Assembly (NCBI GenBank): GCA_002269645.1
Contig: NIVC01001101.1
Span: 186,001-250,000, forward strand
Origin: Macrostomum lignano
Taxonomy: Eukaryota
Direction of reading: 5' to 3'
Length of the DNA stretch: 64,000 nt
Numbering within the stretch: position 1 is the stretch's first letter; every line of letters starts with the position of its first letter. A program made the position numbers and the translations under genes. Below, in pieces: positions 9,720 to 23,000 of this stretch. The notes under the pieces were generated by a model, which saw only the letters and a program-made list of their open reading frames with translations, searched no databases and had not been told where the DNA came from.

Positions 9720-10649
9720 GCCTCCATCTCCACTGGGCAGTTGCTGGTGTTGTGAGCCCCGTCCTCCGGAGCAACGCCTACAGCTTTAACCTGTCGGGAA
9801 GCTGCGACCTCCAGGTCCCCAGTCAGAGCTCCCGTCCCGCGCCCTAGGGAGAAGCAGAAAAAGGACAGTAACTCGCGAACACGAACTTACACCCCGTAGC
9901 CGATGCAGTTCGCCGTGCACTTTTTATGGTAGATCGACGAGTCGTTTTATTCAATAGCCAACGGAGGCGGACCAACGCGCGCAAGGGAGGAGTCTGCCCT
10001 CCAGACAGCGACTATATATTTTTCATTGGTCCTACGCGTACATGAATATAAATTAAGAACAAATGTACGGTACAGCAGGGGAGGTGGGGCGGGGTGGCGT
10101 GATCGGCGTACGCATTCATTATTGATTGGAGGGGTAGGGCAGACTGGAAGGTTGGGGCGGGGCAGGAGGGCGAGAAAGGGCACGATTGCACAACACTGGT
10201 GTCCACTGTGCCCTCGCAGCGTTTCGAGTTTAACTGTACGTTTTTTTTATAACCCCGAGCTGCTGTGAGCTGGCCCACAGCAACTTTGTGGCAGTTAAGA
10301 CAAACCTCGAATTGAGCACAGTTGCTGCTTTTTGTTTTCATTGTAGCAGATTTAAATTCAGAAAAACACGAAATTCACTACTTTTCAGTCGTCTAAGGAA
10401 CACAATTTGGGTTTTCAAAAACTACCAAATTGGGGGTTTATATAGCTGCAAAAGTTGATTAATAATAATACGAGCTATTTACTATCTTTGTTATATTTAT
10501 TTAACATTTGCTATCAATGTCCATTTTATTTTTTCAGCATAGCCCCCCCTTCAGAGTTCAACCAAAAAACAAACATTTCCACCCTATCCTCAACTACATT
10601 GCGAACTCCCACCCCTCCTTTCGATTAGCGGTCTGTTGTACATATTTTT

Positions 10650-11330
10650 GAAGTGCTGTCCCGGAAGGTTTCGCGAAGAAAACATTGGGCTACTGCCCGA
10701 GCCTATACTGGCCCATCATCCGGGTAGCATATTAGCTGGTTTTATGGCGTGGAAACCGCTGGAAAACCGGTACAACCCCCCGTCCAGGTGGTCAAGTTGG
10801 CCAACTCTTTATCTAGAGCAGCGTCATGAACATGGGACCAGCCGGGACTGCTGGGCGGATGCCTGAAACTGGTCCGGACGTTACCGAACGCCGGAGCCAC
10901 CAACACGCTAACTACTCTCTCCGATTACGACCTCCAACCTGCGCAAAATTAATCCCAGTCCTCTTTCTGAAAACCTCCGCGCACCAGACCGAGCCTTCTA
11001 GAACTCTGACCGAGGCCAGCCTCCTAGACTCGAGCGGTACGCCCATCTTCTTAAGCCACTCATCAGTCTTCTTTTCACAACATCCCCTCCAGTTCCAAAC
11101 CAAACCAATCACGCTCTGGGCACCTGGGCCCGCCACCTTCGCGACCTCAGTCGCAAGACCCTCGTCTGAATAATATTTGATTTTATTGTCCCTAGCGAGG
11201 GCCATAGGCCCCGCTCCTCTGTCCGCACAGATCGTAACGTCAGCAATCCAAACCTTCTCCTTATTAAATATTATTAAATCAGGTCGTCTATGCCCCCTAG
11301 GAGTCGCTCTAGGAGTCACTGAACCCAAGA
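10650..11330 (-). mobile_element. R2/NeSL-like non-LTR retrotransposon 3' fragment (restriction-like endonuclease)
   Basis: RRPDLIIF...VWIADVTI...ARDNKIKYY...GLVWNWRG matches the PD-(D/E)xK RLE C-terminus. It is 5'-truncated. The 3' UTR boundary is approximate. Confidence 0.8.
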
Positions 11331-11338
11331 CGCTCTAA

Positions 11339-14300
11339 CTGGCTCGCAATGAACTCTACCATCCTATCGTCCCTCGCCCCTCTCTTATCCCAAGTCCTGT
11401 TGCACTGCTGCAGAATATGCCCCAATCCCACAATTTGCCTGCATCCTGCATCACACAGAGGCGCTTGCCTCCTACCTCTGGACGCACGAGCTGCATTCGG
11501 CCAAACAAAACAAGCTGAACAAGTGGGATGACACCGCTCAGAAGTTCGCCCTCATCGCACACCTCGGCAAGAAGGCCTTCGCACTGTTGGCGGATGCGCT
11601 ATTGCCAGATAAGCCTGACGCCAAGACCTACGCTGATCTGAAAACTCAGCTGATCAAGGAGACGAAAGCAGCGAAATCCGAGATTGCATACCGGTACGCG
11701 TTTCATCACCTCAAGCAGGACGACGGCGAAGACGTTTCTGCCTACGCAAGAAGGCTGCGACTGGGTTCGGAGAACTGCAGCTTTTCAACTGCCGAACTGA
11801 ATGACCGCCTGCGGGACCAATTTATCTTCGGATTGTCGAACAAGGAGATCGTCAGAAAGTTGCTCACGGAGAAACTGAAAGATCTGACGTGGGAAAAAGT
11901 AACTACGGTGGCAAATGCATGCGAGGCCGTAAGTCGCGGCGAGAGACAGATCTCAGGAGGCGAAATTCTACATGTCAAGACAGATCCTCCTTCGACATCG
12001 AAAGCCCAGAAACCAGCGTACCAGAAAAGCGACCAGAAGAACGGCCAATTGCGCCAAGTCAAGTGCTTCTGCTGCGTCAAGGAAGGACATACAAAGGGCC
12101 AGTGCCACCACCGGACTAAGACATGCCTTCAGTGTGGTAAGGTTGGTCATCTCAAAGCAGTTTGCAGGTGCGGACTGAACAAAGGTGGACAACGGCCTTC
12201 AACGAGCAACAAATGGTCACAAGGAGGCGGACGGCATCCAAGGAGCAGAGTCAGAGCAATCGACGATGCAGCTGATCAAGTCGGGCACATTTTCTCGATG
12301 ATGACGCCGGAAGATGATCGTGGAAGCAGAAGGATAACGCGACATGTAGTAGTCAATGGTACGAAAATCAAGATGCTACTGGACACCGGGTCGTGCTCAA
12401 CGTTCGTGTCAAGCTCGGTGTTTCAAAGCCTACTCGAACCAGCAAATGTAAGGCCCACAAGCAGACGATTCGCTGCGTATCAAGGGGATCCAGTGCTAGT
12501 GAAAGGCGAAGCTATTGTGAACGCCAAGCTAAACGCCAAGCCAAGTTCCGACCTGACTCTGTTTGTGGTGGACAACCCAAAAGCCGAATCTATCTATGGC
12601 CTAGATTGGACTGCTGCCCTTGAGCCAGACCTCTACACTTTTATTACAAAATGTACGGTGCCTGAGGAAGACGGCTCGAATCCTACAACGGCGTGCTCTG
12701 TAAACAGATTTTCCGTATCATTGGCCATTGAGGCGGGAGCAAAGCTTATCTTTTTTAAACCTCGGCATATTCCATACGGGATTCAGGACGATGTCAAGGC
12801 CGAGTTGAAGAGAATGGAAGAGGCTGGACAGCTCCAGAAGGTGGAATCCAGCGAGTGGGCTACACCCATTGTCTGTGTTCGAAAGCAGTCTGAAAGGTTC
12901 GGATTTGTGGTGACTACAAGGTTACCCTCAACCCACTGCTGAAAGACATGGTGTCAACAACGCCCACAATTGACGAAGTTCTGTCAAAGCTAGGCCGTGC
13001 CCACCGATTCTCTACGCTGGACCTATCAAATGCGTACCTCCAAGTACCGGTGGATGAAGACAGCAGCGTGATGCTGACGTGGAGCACTCCGTTCGGCTTA
13101 TACAGGCCCACTGCATTGGCATATGGAGTAAAGCAAGCACCAGCAATTTTTCAGTCATTCATGGACAGGTTGCTTCTAAACATAGAAGGTGTCATTTCCT
13201 ACCAAGATGACATTCTTGTGTGGGGTTTCAACCAACAGAGTCATGACAACAGACTGTCCAATTTTAAAGGAGAGTGGACTGAGCATTAACGAGGAGAAAT
13301 GCACTTTCAACAAGCCATCTATCATGTTCCTGGGATATGAGATCAGTGAAAACGGCATTCGTCCACCACCAAAGAAAGCCAAGGAGATTTCAGGATTAGA
13401 AGAGCCAAAGAATCTCAAGCAGCTGCAGTCATTTATCGGGATGGTCGATTTCTACGGACGGTGTATCAAGAATCTCGCGAGCCTGAAAGAACCTCTAACG
13501 AAACTGACCAGGTCAGGAACGAAGTGGGCATGGGGCCCAATCGAGCAGAGAGCCTTTCAGAGCATCAAGGACGAACTAAACAATGCAGTCGCTCTCAAGC
13601 CTTTTGATCCATCAGATAAGATCGTTCTCACTACTGACGCGTCACCATCGGGACTTGGTGCAGTCCTCGAGCAGTCGTCCGGGCCCGTAATATTCATTTC
13701 AAAGACTCTGACTCAATCAGAGCGCAACTATGCTCAAATTGAACGCGAAGCCCTCGCCATTGTATGGGCTGTGAAGCGCTTACACAAGTATTTGCTGGGA
13801 CACAAGTTCGTCATTCGCACAGACCACCAACCGTTAACGTTCATCTTTGATCCTGGCAGATCCTTGTCAACTGTTGCCGCAGCGAGAGTGCAACGCTGGG
13901 CAATCACTTTAATGAGCTACGAATACGCCATTGAGTGCAAGAGATCTACTGAGATTCCCGTGGCCGATGCCCTGTCAAGACTGCAGAACAGCACATCTGA
14001 AGGGGAGCAGTTTGACATTAGCTCAGTGCAGGACTGCCTACTAGATTTTCCAATCAACAAGGAGCGTTTGAGAAGACAATCGAAAGAGGATTCAGAGCTC
14101 CGGAAGTTATTTGCTCAAGTCAAGTTTGGCTGGAATGCAGGACTTCGAGGACTACAACAGTTTAGCCGATTCAGGGACGAGTTAGTCATTGAGAATGGAT
14201 TGCTGTACAGAGGTATTCGGCTGGTTGTACCAAAGCAGGAGCGTTCTGCAACTTTGCGATTGCTGCACGAAGGACACATCGGACCAGAAAAGATGAAATC

Positions 14301-15300
14301 CATAGCTAGACAATGCGTCTGGTGGCCTGAAGTAGATCGAGACATCGAAAAGTATGCGAAAGGATGTAGTTCGTGCCAGGAAAACAAGGATCATGGGGCC
14401 ACCCGACAATGGACTTCGCGGCCGGATGAGACCGAATGCTGGTCAAGAGTTCACATGGACTACGCAGGGCCTATGAAGGGAGGAAACTACATGTTGGTAC
14501 TGATTGATGCGTTCAGTAAATGGGCTGAAGTTCACGTGACTAAGGGAACCACTTCATCTGAGACAATCAAGCGACTGCGAAGAACGTTCGCCCAAGAAGG
14601 CGGGCCCGTGACTATTGTTTCCGACAATGGACCTCAATTTGTATCGAAAGAAATGCAAGGTTGGTTAAAAGGAATCAACTGCCGACATGTTCTCACACCA
14701 CCGTATCATCCAAGGTCAAATGGACTGGCCGAGCGCTTTGTGAGAGATTTAAAAAATCACGTCCGAGCCGCTGAAGAAGATGACCTTCAGAGTTGCGTCG
14801 ACCGGTTTCTGCTTCAATACCGGAACGCGAAACATTCTACGACCGGAAAATCGCCCTCTGAGCTGATGAGAGGTCACCTACTTCGCACCCCTGCATTTTC
14901 TCTGGCACGTGAGCCAGTCTGGGTGAAAACCTACAACAACGAGATGACAAAGTGGAAGTCTGGCGAAGTGGTGGCAACAGAGGGAAAGGTTGTGGTCGAC
15001 GTTGAGCTGGAGGACGGAAGGCGTGGACGCTACTACCGTGAACAGACAAAGCCAAGGAGTTCCGGTTCCGATGACCTGGTGGAGATGGAGACTGAAGAAC
15101 ATGTGCACACGGATCAAGAGTCTGGTCTTCGGAGAAGTAATTGCCATCGGCAAGTACCAAGGCGACTTGAGTGCCGCATGCTTGGTGTACCTACCTAGCT
15201 GTTAACTAATGGGAAGGAGTGTTAGCACTGTAATGAACTTTTATTTATTAGAGAATGCACTTTGCTTAGTAGCCGTCAACGGCTGAGAATTCTATTGATG
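11339..15300 (+). mobile_element. Ty3/Gypsy LTR retrotransposon, decayed, 5' LTR not found
   Basis: PBS-like actggctcgca at ~11339, gag-pol, polypurine tract gggaaggag (15211-15219) and TGTTA LTR start at 15220. The right boundary is approximate. Confidence 0.9.
11417..15198 (+). pseudogene. Gypsy gag-pol with frameshifts (~11420, ~12890, ~13260)
   Basis: Two CCHC knuckles (CFCCVKEGHTKGQC, CLQCGKVGHLKAVC), protease LLDTGS, RT YQDDILV, RNase H TDAS, and integrase HHCC plus MDYAGP / SDNG / NGLAERFV. Confidence 0.92.
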
Positions 15301-16259
15301 TCTATGGACATTTGTACAGTTCAATTCGGTGGCTTAAAGAGTTGCCAAAATATAATTGAAAAGACCAAGTGTCTGCAGAGTTAAGCTAAAGGCTTAGACT
15401 CGATCAATTTTCTTACTCGTCCCAAAAAAAACGAACAGGGAATTTTTAATAGCTAATAGGAAATGCTGAAATCGGAGAGATGCGCTTTAATAGGGAATTA
15501 GATAAGGGCAGGGCGCCTAAACAGACAGTGCATCTGGATGAGGAGTTGGCAGATCGCCAGGTTAATCAGAGATCTGGGGGGAGGGAGGCAACACGCCTGT
15601 CCAACTGATAAAGGAAAAATGGGGTTAGAATTATTACTCGGGAAGAGACTGTACGTTCTCTGGGGAAGAGGGAGAAAGGCTGTACGCTTATAGCTGAACA
15701 AATGCCTTCTAGGGAAGAGAGGAGAGGCGACTGTACGCTTAAAGCTGAACAGGACCTCTTGGGGAAGGGGAAAGGCGGGCGCCTTCAAAGGAATGACACA
15801 AAGACTGGTCTATTTTTAGAACAACTGTTCATTCTGGCCGAAAGGCAAAGCCTAATGCAAAGAGGCGGCCACAGAAGTTGGGCTTCTACCAGTCTATTTC
15901 GCTCTTATTTATACTCAATTTGACAATAATGGCGGACATTGTTAAACAAAATATATAAGGTTTTTTGTATAAAATATATAAAGCGCGCTTTTTAAGGCAT
16001 AATATAATATTTCAGGCGATTCTAATAAGCAAAAAGAGAGAATTGATTCGATGACAAGAAGATATATGAATTTTATGACGAGTTTAACGAATAATATGGC
16101 TACAGCATACAATCATATAAGGTAACATTTATTACTATAACACATAGTAAATGAATTCTTAGGAGGCTCACCCATTGTTCATTCTCAGGGTGTTCGGGCC
16201 ATTGCCGCACCTCCTGCAATGTAAAATTCCAGGTTACGTCCTGTCGATTTGCGTTTCCC

Positions 16260-16527
16260 AATGTAGAGATAGGGCTCATATCTCCGCAGTGCTTAGCCGT
16301 CCCCAATGTAGAGATAGGGCTCATATCTCCGCAGTGCTTAGCCGTCCCAATGTAGAGATAGGGCTCATATCTCCGCAGTGCTCAGCCGTCCCCAATGCAG
16401 AGATAGGGCTCACATCTCTGTAGTGCTCAGCCGTCTTCAATCTATCCATAGAGATGGGTCTCACATCTCCGCAGTGCTCAGACATCCCCAATGCAAAGAG
16501 ATAGGGCTCATATCTCCGTAGTGTATT
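16260..16527. repeat. ~45-bp minisatellite (tgtagagatagggctcatatctccgcagtgcttagccgtccccaa), ~6 diverging units
   Basis: Directly visible tandem array. Confidence 0.9.
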
Positions 16528-17707
16528 TTTCCTTCATTTGCATTGCCGCCTATCTCGCCAGTGCTAGTGCGGCAGTACCATAATTCGCCCTACTACTGTC
16601 ACAAAAATTGACCTTCTGGCCGTTTTTGGCGTTTACCTTGATACCGTTTTTGCCAAGCCAGTATTGGAGGATTCGTATGTATTTTTGGAGGTGTGTAGAA
16701 GCAATTTCGTTGTTTAGTGAATAAGAGCAAGGCGGTGGTTTGTTTAGGTTTTTTTAACAAAAATTAGATCAGTATAAGAGTTAGAAATCTGAAGTTTTTA
16801 TACTACGCCATAAGATAGGTAGGAAAGTATGAAATGCCCAGGTGCAATGAAGGGCGAGGCAGAAAAGCACAATGTAACGCCCCAGATAGCCTTTAAAAGG
16901 GCAAACAGAAGCAGCATTAAGATAATTAATCAACTGTCAAGTCAAATTTGAATGACCGAATCTAATAAAGCCCCTTTCCATTCCAGTGAGTAGCAACACC
17001 CCGCCTCAGGCACAATGGCGCTCAAACCGGCCGGGAGAAGCAAACCGAGGAGAGGCCCGGTTGAGACAGCAATGACGTCAAAAAGAGCAATCGGCCCGTG
17101 GCACGCGTCAGAACCTGGCGAACTTTGGAGGAGAAACGCACGGCCCGCCCACGGACTTCTATTCAACCTGAAGCTGCACAAGAGGGCGAGATCAACCCCA
17201 AGTAGCTTGACAACTGAGAGAGAGAGAGAGAAAGGACTGCATCAACCATATCAACCATGGACAGAGTTAAGAGAAGGAAAATTAAGCTCTTTGTCTTTGT
17301 AATCCTTCTATCTCAAAATTTACCTAACTCAACGCATAGATTTGCAAAACTCCCAAATAATCTCTAACCCACACACTTAGCAACTTACTAGAACTAACTA
17401 AATTCGTGTACAACTAGGAGAATGAGTCTCAGATTTTTTATTGCTGAAAACCCCCGCCGTTGCTAACCACGCGAAGACACTTCACCGGCGGCGGGGAGGT
17501 CAAAAATGCCAATCTGTATAAAATAGACGCCCATCTCAAACCGGAGCGGTGCTACTTTCTCGCGCGGTTTCAGATCTTAACCCACTCTATTTGTGTTGGT
17601 CTCATGGATTATCCAGTTGGCTCAAATCTAAGTCTTGAAATCAATTATTTGCCTTAAAAGTTTACGCAGAGCGAATTAATATTCGTGTGATTCAATTCAG
17701 CCTAGAT

Positions 17708-18268
17708 CAGGGGTCGGCAAACTCCGGCTCGCGAGCCACATGCGGCTCGCAAAGACTTTCTATCCGGCCGTCGGGTCTTCTGAAACTTCACAGTTCTCAG
17801 TCTCTTCTCAGCTCTCTTCTCTCGCCTCTCTGCTCATCTCTCTTTCCTCTCCATTCTCTTCTCCCTTCTCTCCTTTCTCCTCTCCTCTCCTCTCCTCTCC
17901 TCTCCTCTCCTCTCATTTCATCTCCTCTCTCCCCTCCTATCCTATCCTCTCCTCTTCTCTCCTCCCTATTCTCTCCTCCCTCTTCTCTCCTCCCTCTTCT
18001 CTCCTCCCTCTTCTCTCTCTTCTCCTCTCCTCTCTCTTCTCTCTCTTCTCCTCTCCTATCCTCCCCTCTCCTCTCCTCCTCTCCTCTCCTCTCTATTTCA
18101 TCTCTATCTCATCCTATTTCATCTCTCCTCTTGATCTTTTCCTTTATTCCTTTGCTTCTCCTTTCTCCTATTTCTCTTCCCTATTCCCACTCCTCTCTCT
18201 CCTCTGGCCCGCAGTCATGCGCTAGGTTCTCTTTCTGGGCCTTAAATTTAAACGTTTGCCGACCACTG
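17708..18268. mobile_element. hAT-type non-autonomous element with an internal CT-rich simple repeat
   Basis: TIRs caggggtcggcaaac / gtttgccgaccactg. The flanking 8-mers gcctagat / gcctactc match only partly. Confidence 0.7.
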
Positions 18269-18869
18269 GCCTACTCGTAGATACTAGGAGATCCCGTCAG
18301 TTTATACGATTTTCTCTGACTGTCTGAAAGAAGAATTCAAGAGCTGTAAGAACGTTAGACTGCTAGTCCCACATTATAGAGAGTGAGAACGCCAAACCAA
18401 TAGGCACCAGAGAACAACGCGTATAATCAGGGATTTGAAGATAGGAGAAGAATAATTTTGTCACTGCAATCACCGTAAATTTATAAAAAAAATGTGAATG
18501 CTTTCCGAAAATTTTTATAAGTATTGGATGCATTTTAGGAAAACGATTAGATAATTATATTCATTATGCAACTTCAAGTAGAATGTTGGCAGTTTAGTAA
18601 ACATTAATTATGTATTATGCATACAATATGAATAAGCTGGACTCGAAGAAGGTTTCTAGAAAGATATTGAATGTTTGACTTTTAGAAATTTGGCGAAAAT
18701 CTAAAAGGTTATTAAAGTGCGCTACAGGTGTTCCGCAGCATACTTAAAGATCCGGCCCAGATGACCGTACTCGTACATGTCGAAGACATGGCTAAAAGTA
18801 GAACAAGGGCTAGGGGGTAAGAGTTACACCAAGTCAATCCCAATAAAGTCAGTCACGCAGCATCGCCAT

Positions 18870-19330
18870 TGCCATCGACTAAAGACTTTTCGACGAATTC
18901 ACCCTTCAGCTTGCAGCACTTGGTCCATCGCGTGAAGAGTGCATTAATGGCATCTGCATGAGCTTGACGCGGAATCTCGTGCATCAGAACTCGCCGGAGT
19001 TGTCACGGTGATCGAAGATGCACCAACGCAGGTGCTTCTTCAACAGAGAAAAAAATTCTGTGAATTGAGGTTGTTGGTCTGCCGAGTCTCTTGCAGTCAC
19101 ACGGGGGAATGATTTCCGACACATTTTTAACCAGTGTCACGAACTCTTCAAGCCAGCGATAGACAGCACTCTTTGAGATCGCGCTTACTCCGTGGATTTC
19201 AGTCAGCTGGCTAACAATTTCGCTACCTCGCTTCCCCAATTTCTACTGGGAGTACACGAACTGGCGCTGACCTTCTTTCGACGAAACGCTAAACATATTG
19301 AACAATTGAATATGGAAAAAAGAAAATCCA
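18870..19330 (-). mobile_element. Internally deleted mariner remnant
   Basis: N-terminal GKRGSEIVSQLTEIHGVSAISKSAVYRWLEEF and C-terminal LFTRWTKCCKLKGEFVEK in minus frames. Confidence 0.7.
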
Positions 19331-20409
19331 CTCAAGCACCACATCGATTTCCGAGATTGTCTATTGTTTCTGTTGGTGTCAGTGCTGTTTCTTTTGTCGT
19401 CAACTCTGCTTCTGGTTTTACTGCTTCTGCCTTCTTTTTGCCTAATTTTCCCACTATTTTTGGGACACCCATTGTATGAGTTATCTAGACTTTAGAGTGA
19501 TGCACGGCTATCTCATAACTGTTTACACTTAAATTAGACATTTAATATTGGAGTAAAATTTGCTCATTATAGTGTAATTTGTACCTAAGTTTCTCTACTA
19601 AATCTGGAGCACAAGCACTTACATGTAACTCGCGCAGCATACGGCTGGATATTATCAAATAATGATTAAAAGTAATGGAAATCGTTTAAGTCACTGCACT
19701 AGTCCTTAAACTCCGCGTGTCCAACGTTGATATTTATTGGTGACAGTGAAGAATTATTTAATAAATTAGATAGTACAAATTGTGGGCAGAAGGGGTATAT
19801 GCAGGAAACAAATTATATCGTATGATCGTATCGTCCAGGGTGAGCATGAATCTGCGTCAGGTGATTTCCGAGGTGGGGACTGGTCTACTAGCAGCAGATC
19901 GCGAAAGGTACTGGGAACATCAGGTGGGGAAAGAAACGAATTATTTCAGATATCAGGCAAAATGAGCAGCTTATATAGAGCTGGAATCGCGTCTTATGCG
20001 CGTGGCTAGTGATGCACAAGACCTTGAACTGCCCTGGACCTCGCCTGCCTAGCCCTACGTTGATTGGCTAATAGAATCTGGTTTGGAAGAGATGGCTTAT
20101 GAGAGGGGGAGTTCATTTGGTGAATTCCGGTTCAGTGATTTCGAACAATGGAACGGAGGTTGAAGAAAGAGGAAAGAATGGGATTTGCGTAGTGATGAGT
20201 TATCTGATGAACCTTATGGCGGAAGGGGCCTGGATATCCAGGGTTCTGATCGCGTTCGGTGGACTTAAACCGTCATTATTAAGGCGTTGGTTTGGCTACC
20301 AAATCATAATAATAATCAGCCTGGTTGATCTTTGTTACCATAAAAGTCATTAGCTTGTACATACACGCATTTTCTGTCTTTCACTAAGTTACGTCAATTG
20401 TTGATAACA

Positions 20410-22010
20410 TCAGTCAGAGTGTACTTGACGCTCCGGATCCAGCTGCCAAGTAATGAAAAGGACGCCTCTGCCTTTGATCTGCACCAACTTGAACTCTGTC
20501 TCACCATCAGCGGTCAAAGTGTATCGGGGTTTCTTAGACAATGGTGGTAATATTGCCAGAGCCGATATGCTACGGACCAGATTGAAGTCAGCCGAGGTTG
20601 GCTGGCTACCGGTAATCGTATAAACCCTATCAATTGTTTTGTCTTCACTGATCAGTAAATTGTTCCATATGTCATCTCTAAATGACCTGCAGCAAACAAG
20701 CTTTTCTGTGATAGTACAGATGGTGAACACATCGCAGCGGTCAGACAATGTTAACATTCGATCTCGAACTGCCATGCGAGTGTCTTTCTTAATAAGCTCG
20801 CAATCATGAGGCACTGGAAAAGTCATTTGAATCTGATTAGAATCTTTGTTGAGCCCCAAAATTGTTAGATCATCACTCTGCTCTTTAATCAGGGTGAACA
20901 ACTTGTCACAGTTTCCAGCGATGCAGTACAGCTTCTTAGCACTTTCGTGCAACTCGGTGATGCAGATTCCTGACTTGTGAGCTCCGCTGAGGTCGGTCAC
21001 TGTCACCGCTTGCTCCTGAGCGATGAACAGCAGCTGTCGCTCATTGTCGCAGTGGAGATCTCGGATTGGCTGATCGGCCTCCCAGCTGCAGGCCAGGCGA
21101 CCCACAATGTCCGCATCAGGAGACAGGAGCAGAATTTTGGATTCAGGAAAGTTTTTGACGCCTCTAGTATCGGCTTCGCTATCCGAGCTCTCCGAGGCAA
21201 CCTGAACCTCAACAGCTACAAAATGCTCGGCTGAGGCAGTCGGCTGGGATCTGTACAATGCTCGGCAGACTTCTTAACGATATCCAAGTCATGTATGACG
21301 AACCCAGCGGTGTTGTTGCACACAGTAAGACACGTGGCTTTCTCGCTTTCTTGAAGCTTTGCTTCTTTTCTGCTTTCCTTTGCTTTCAGCTGAATTTTAT
21401 TGCATCGGACAGAGTCCGAAACGTCGATCTGTTCAACATACTTTTTTAACATTGTCAGCTCGGATTTTACGGCATTTTGCAGCTCCCTTACTGACGAGTT
21501 CAAATCTGGATAAGCGACAAGCTCGACTTCCCCTTCATCCTCATCCATTCTCACCAGCTTCGAGTCCAACTGAAGCGTCCTTAGCGATGCCTCCAAGCTC
21601 CTGTTGACGAGGAAGACCTGCCTCATATTGTTGTTATTCTTTGCTTGCTTTAACTCTCTCTCAGAGTCTCCCAGCTCCGAGACACTTGATAGAGAGACCA
21701 TTAGCTCGTCATGCTGTTTAGTAACGACAGCACAGAGCTCACTTTGGCACCGGTCCAATGTCTCTCTGAGTTCGGCGAATGAGTCATCAAGAAGCTGCAG
21801 GTCAGACGTGAGTCTCTGCTGCATCAGTCTCATTGACGCTCGATATGCCTTGAAGTGATGTATCCTCTCAGCGACTGAGGCTTCCAACGCGTCTAATTCA
21901 GCAAAATCGTTTTGCAGGTGCGAGACGCAGAGAGGCTGGCAGGGGATTGGAGAATCGCTTGTAGCAGCACTGCGGCAGAGTCGCACGGAACAGCGACAAG
22001 GTGACTCCAT
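20410..22010 (-). CDS. Zn-finger / coiled-coil / beta-rich (TRIM/NHL-like) protein, paralog 1, split in two frames near 21240
   Basis: ORFs 21216-22019 (ATG at 22010) and 20410-21258 are collinear with the 549-aa ORF at 23983-25632. Shared motifs include CxVRLCR...QPLCxxH and DQPIRDLHCD...QLLFIAQ. Confidence 0.7.
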
Positions 22011-22829
22011 AGCTTGCAATTGGTTTTAATTTCGAGGCAGTTACAGGTAGCTCGTCTTCATTTCTGTAAGGAGTTTATTAAGTCTAAGACTCGTACGGTC
22101 ATTTTAAAGTGTACTGCGCTGTACGTTCACAATGCGAATTAAAGCTGATGAAGGCTTCATTTGTGCTTTTTACGAGCGCTCGTAGTAGTAGGGTTCTAAT
22201 TTCCTGCACTAGAGGGCCAAAATTGCAGGCTATTCATGCAAAACTTAATTGTACTTAGAGAATGCTCTGTAGGATAGAAAAGCTGAAATATCAGGCCAAA
22301 CCTTACAAATACTGCTGTAGAGGCTGCGTCAGAACATTTTGTGGGCCGTTTTGATGCAGTTGGTGCAGATATGATGCTAGAGATGCAAATTGATAACTGA
22401 AAAGCATAAGAATAGCGGGTCATAGCTGGGTTGCAGACAGTCTAAGTAGTATGCTAGTAGAAGGACGGTTTTTTATTGTTCTAACTAAATATGAACAATT
22501 AATGGCTAAAAGTGAAATTTTATTGATTTTTCTGTCCAGAAGACACAAACAAAGTTTTTTTGACTGATCAAACTTACTGACACTTGGTTTTTACCAGGGC
22601 AAAAAAACAAAAGCACCAAAAAATTACAACTCATCGTTTTTCTCATTTGTTCTTTGTAATAAATTAAACCTCGTATGCTTTGATCTTTCAATTAAAACAA
22701 TACACTCGGAAAAGCATCGCAATGCCGCCGATAGTCTAGCAATGAAAGTGATAGCGATGCATAATAATAGGCGATGGTTTGTCCTGATAGAAACGATTCG
22801 TTGTCTTTAGTGATCACTATTATCCCCCT

Positions 22830-23000
22830 CTTAAAGCAGCCTTCTCAGACAGCCTCCACCTGTAGCAACGCACTTCTCCCGTCGCGTGAAACGCATCAAA
22901 ACAGCATGTCTGGGAAGACAATAGGGGAGACTGCGCCGGAATTTCTCTCCCAAATGATCTCTGCTTGCACCAACTCACCTCAAACGATCAAGGAAGTTAC
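22830..23000 (-). mobile_element. Possible Tc1/mariner C-terminal remnant
   Basis: Minus frame ...LMRFTRREKCVATGGG resembles transposase C-termini. The match is short. Confidence 0.3.

Noticed and set aside
9860-10090. Possible solo LTR on the minus strand (TATA-like and AATAAA motifs)
   Set aside because: No second copy, clear TG...CA ends, TSD or PBS.
17015-17302. 95-aa ORF in GC-rich sequence
   Set aside because: No recognisable motif or splice support.
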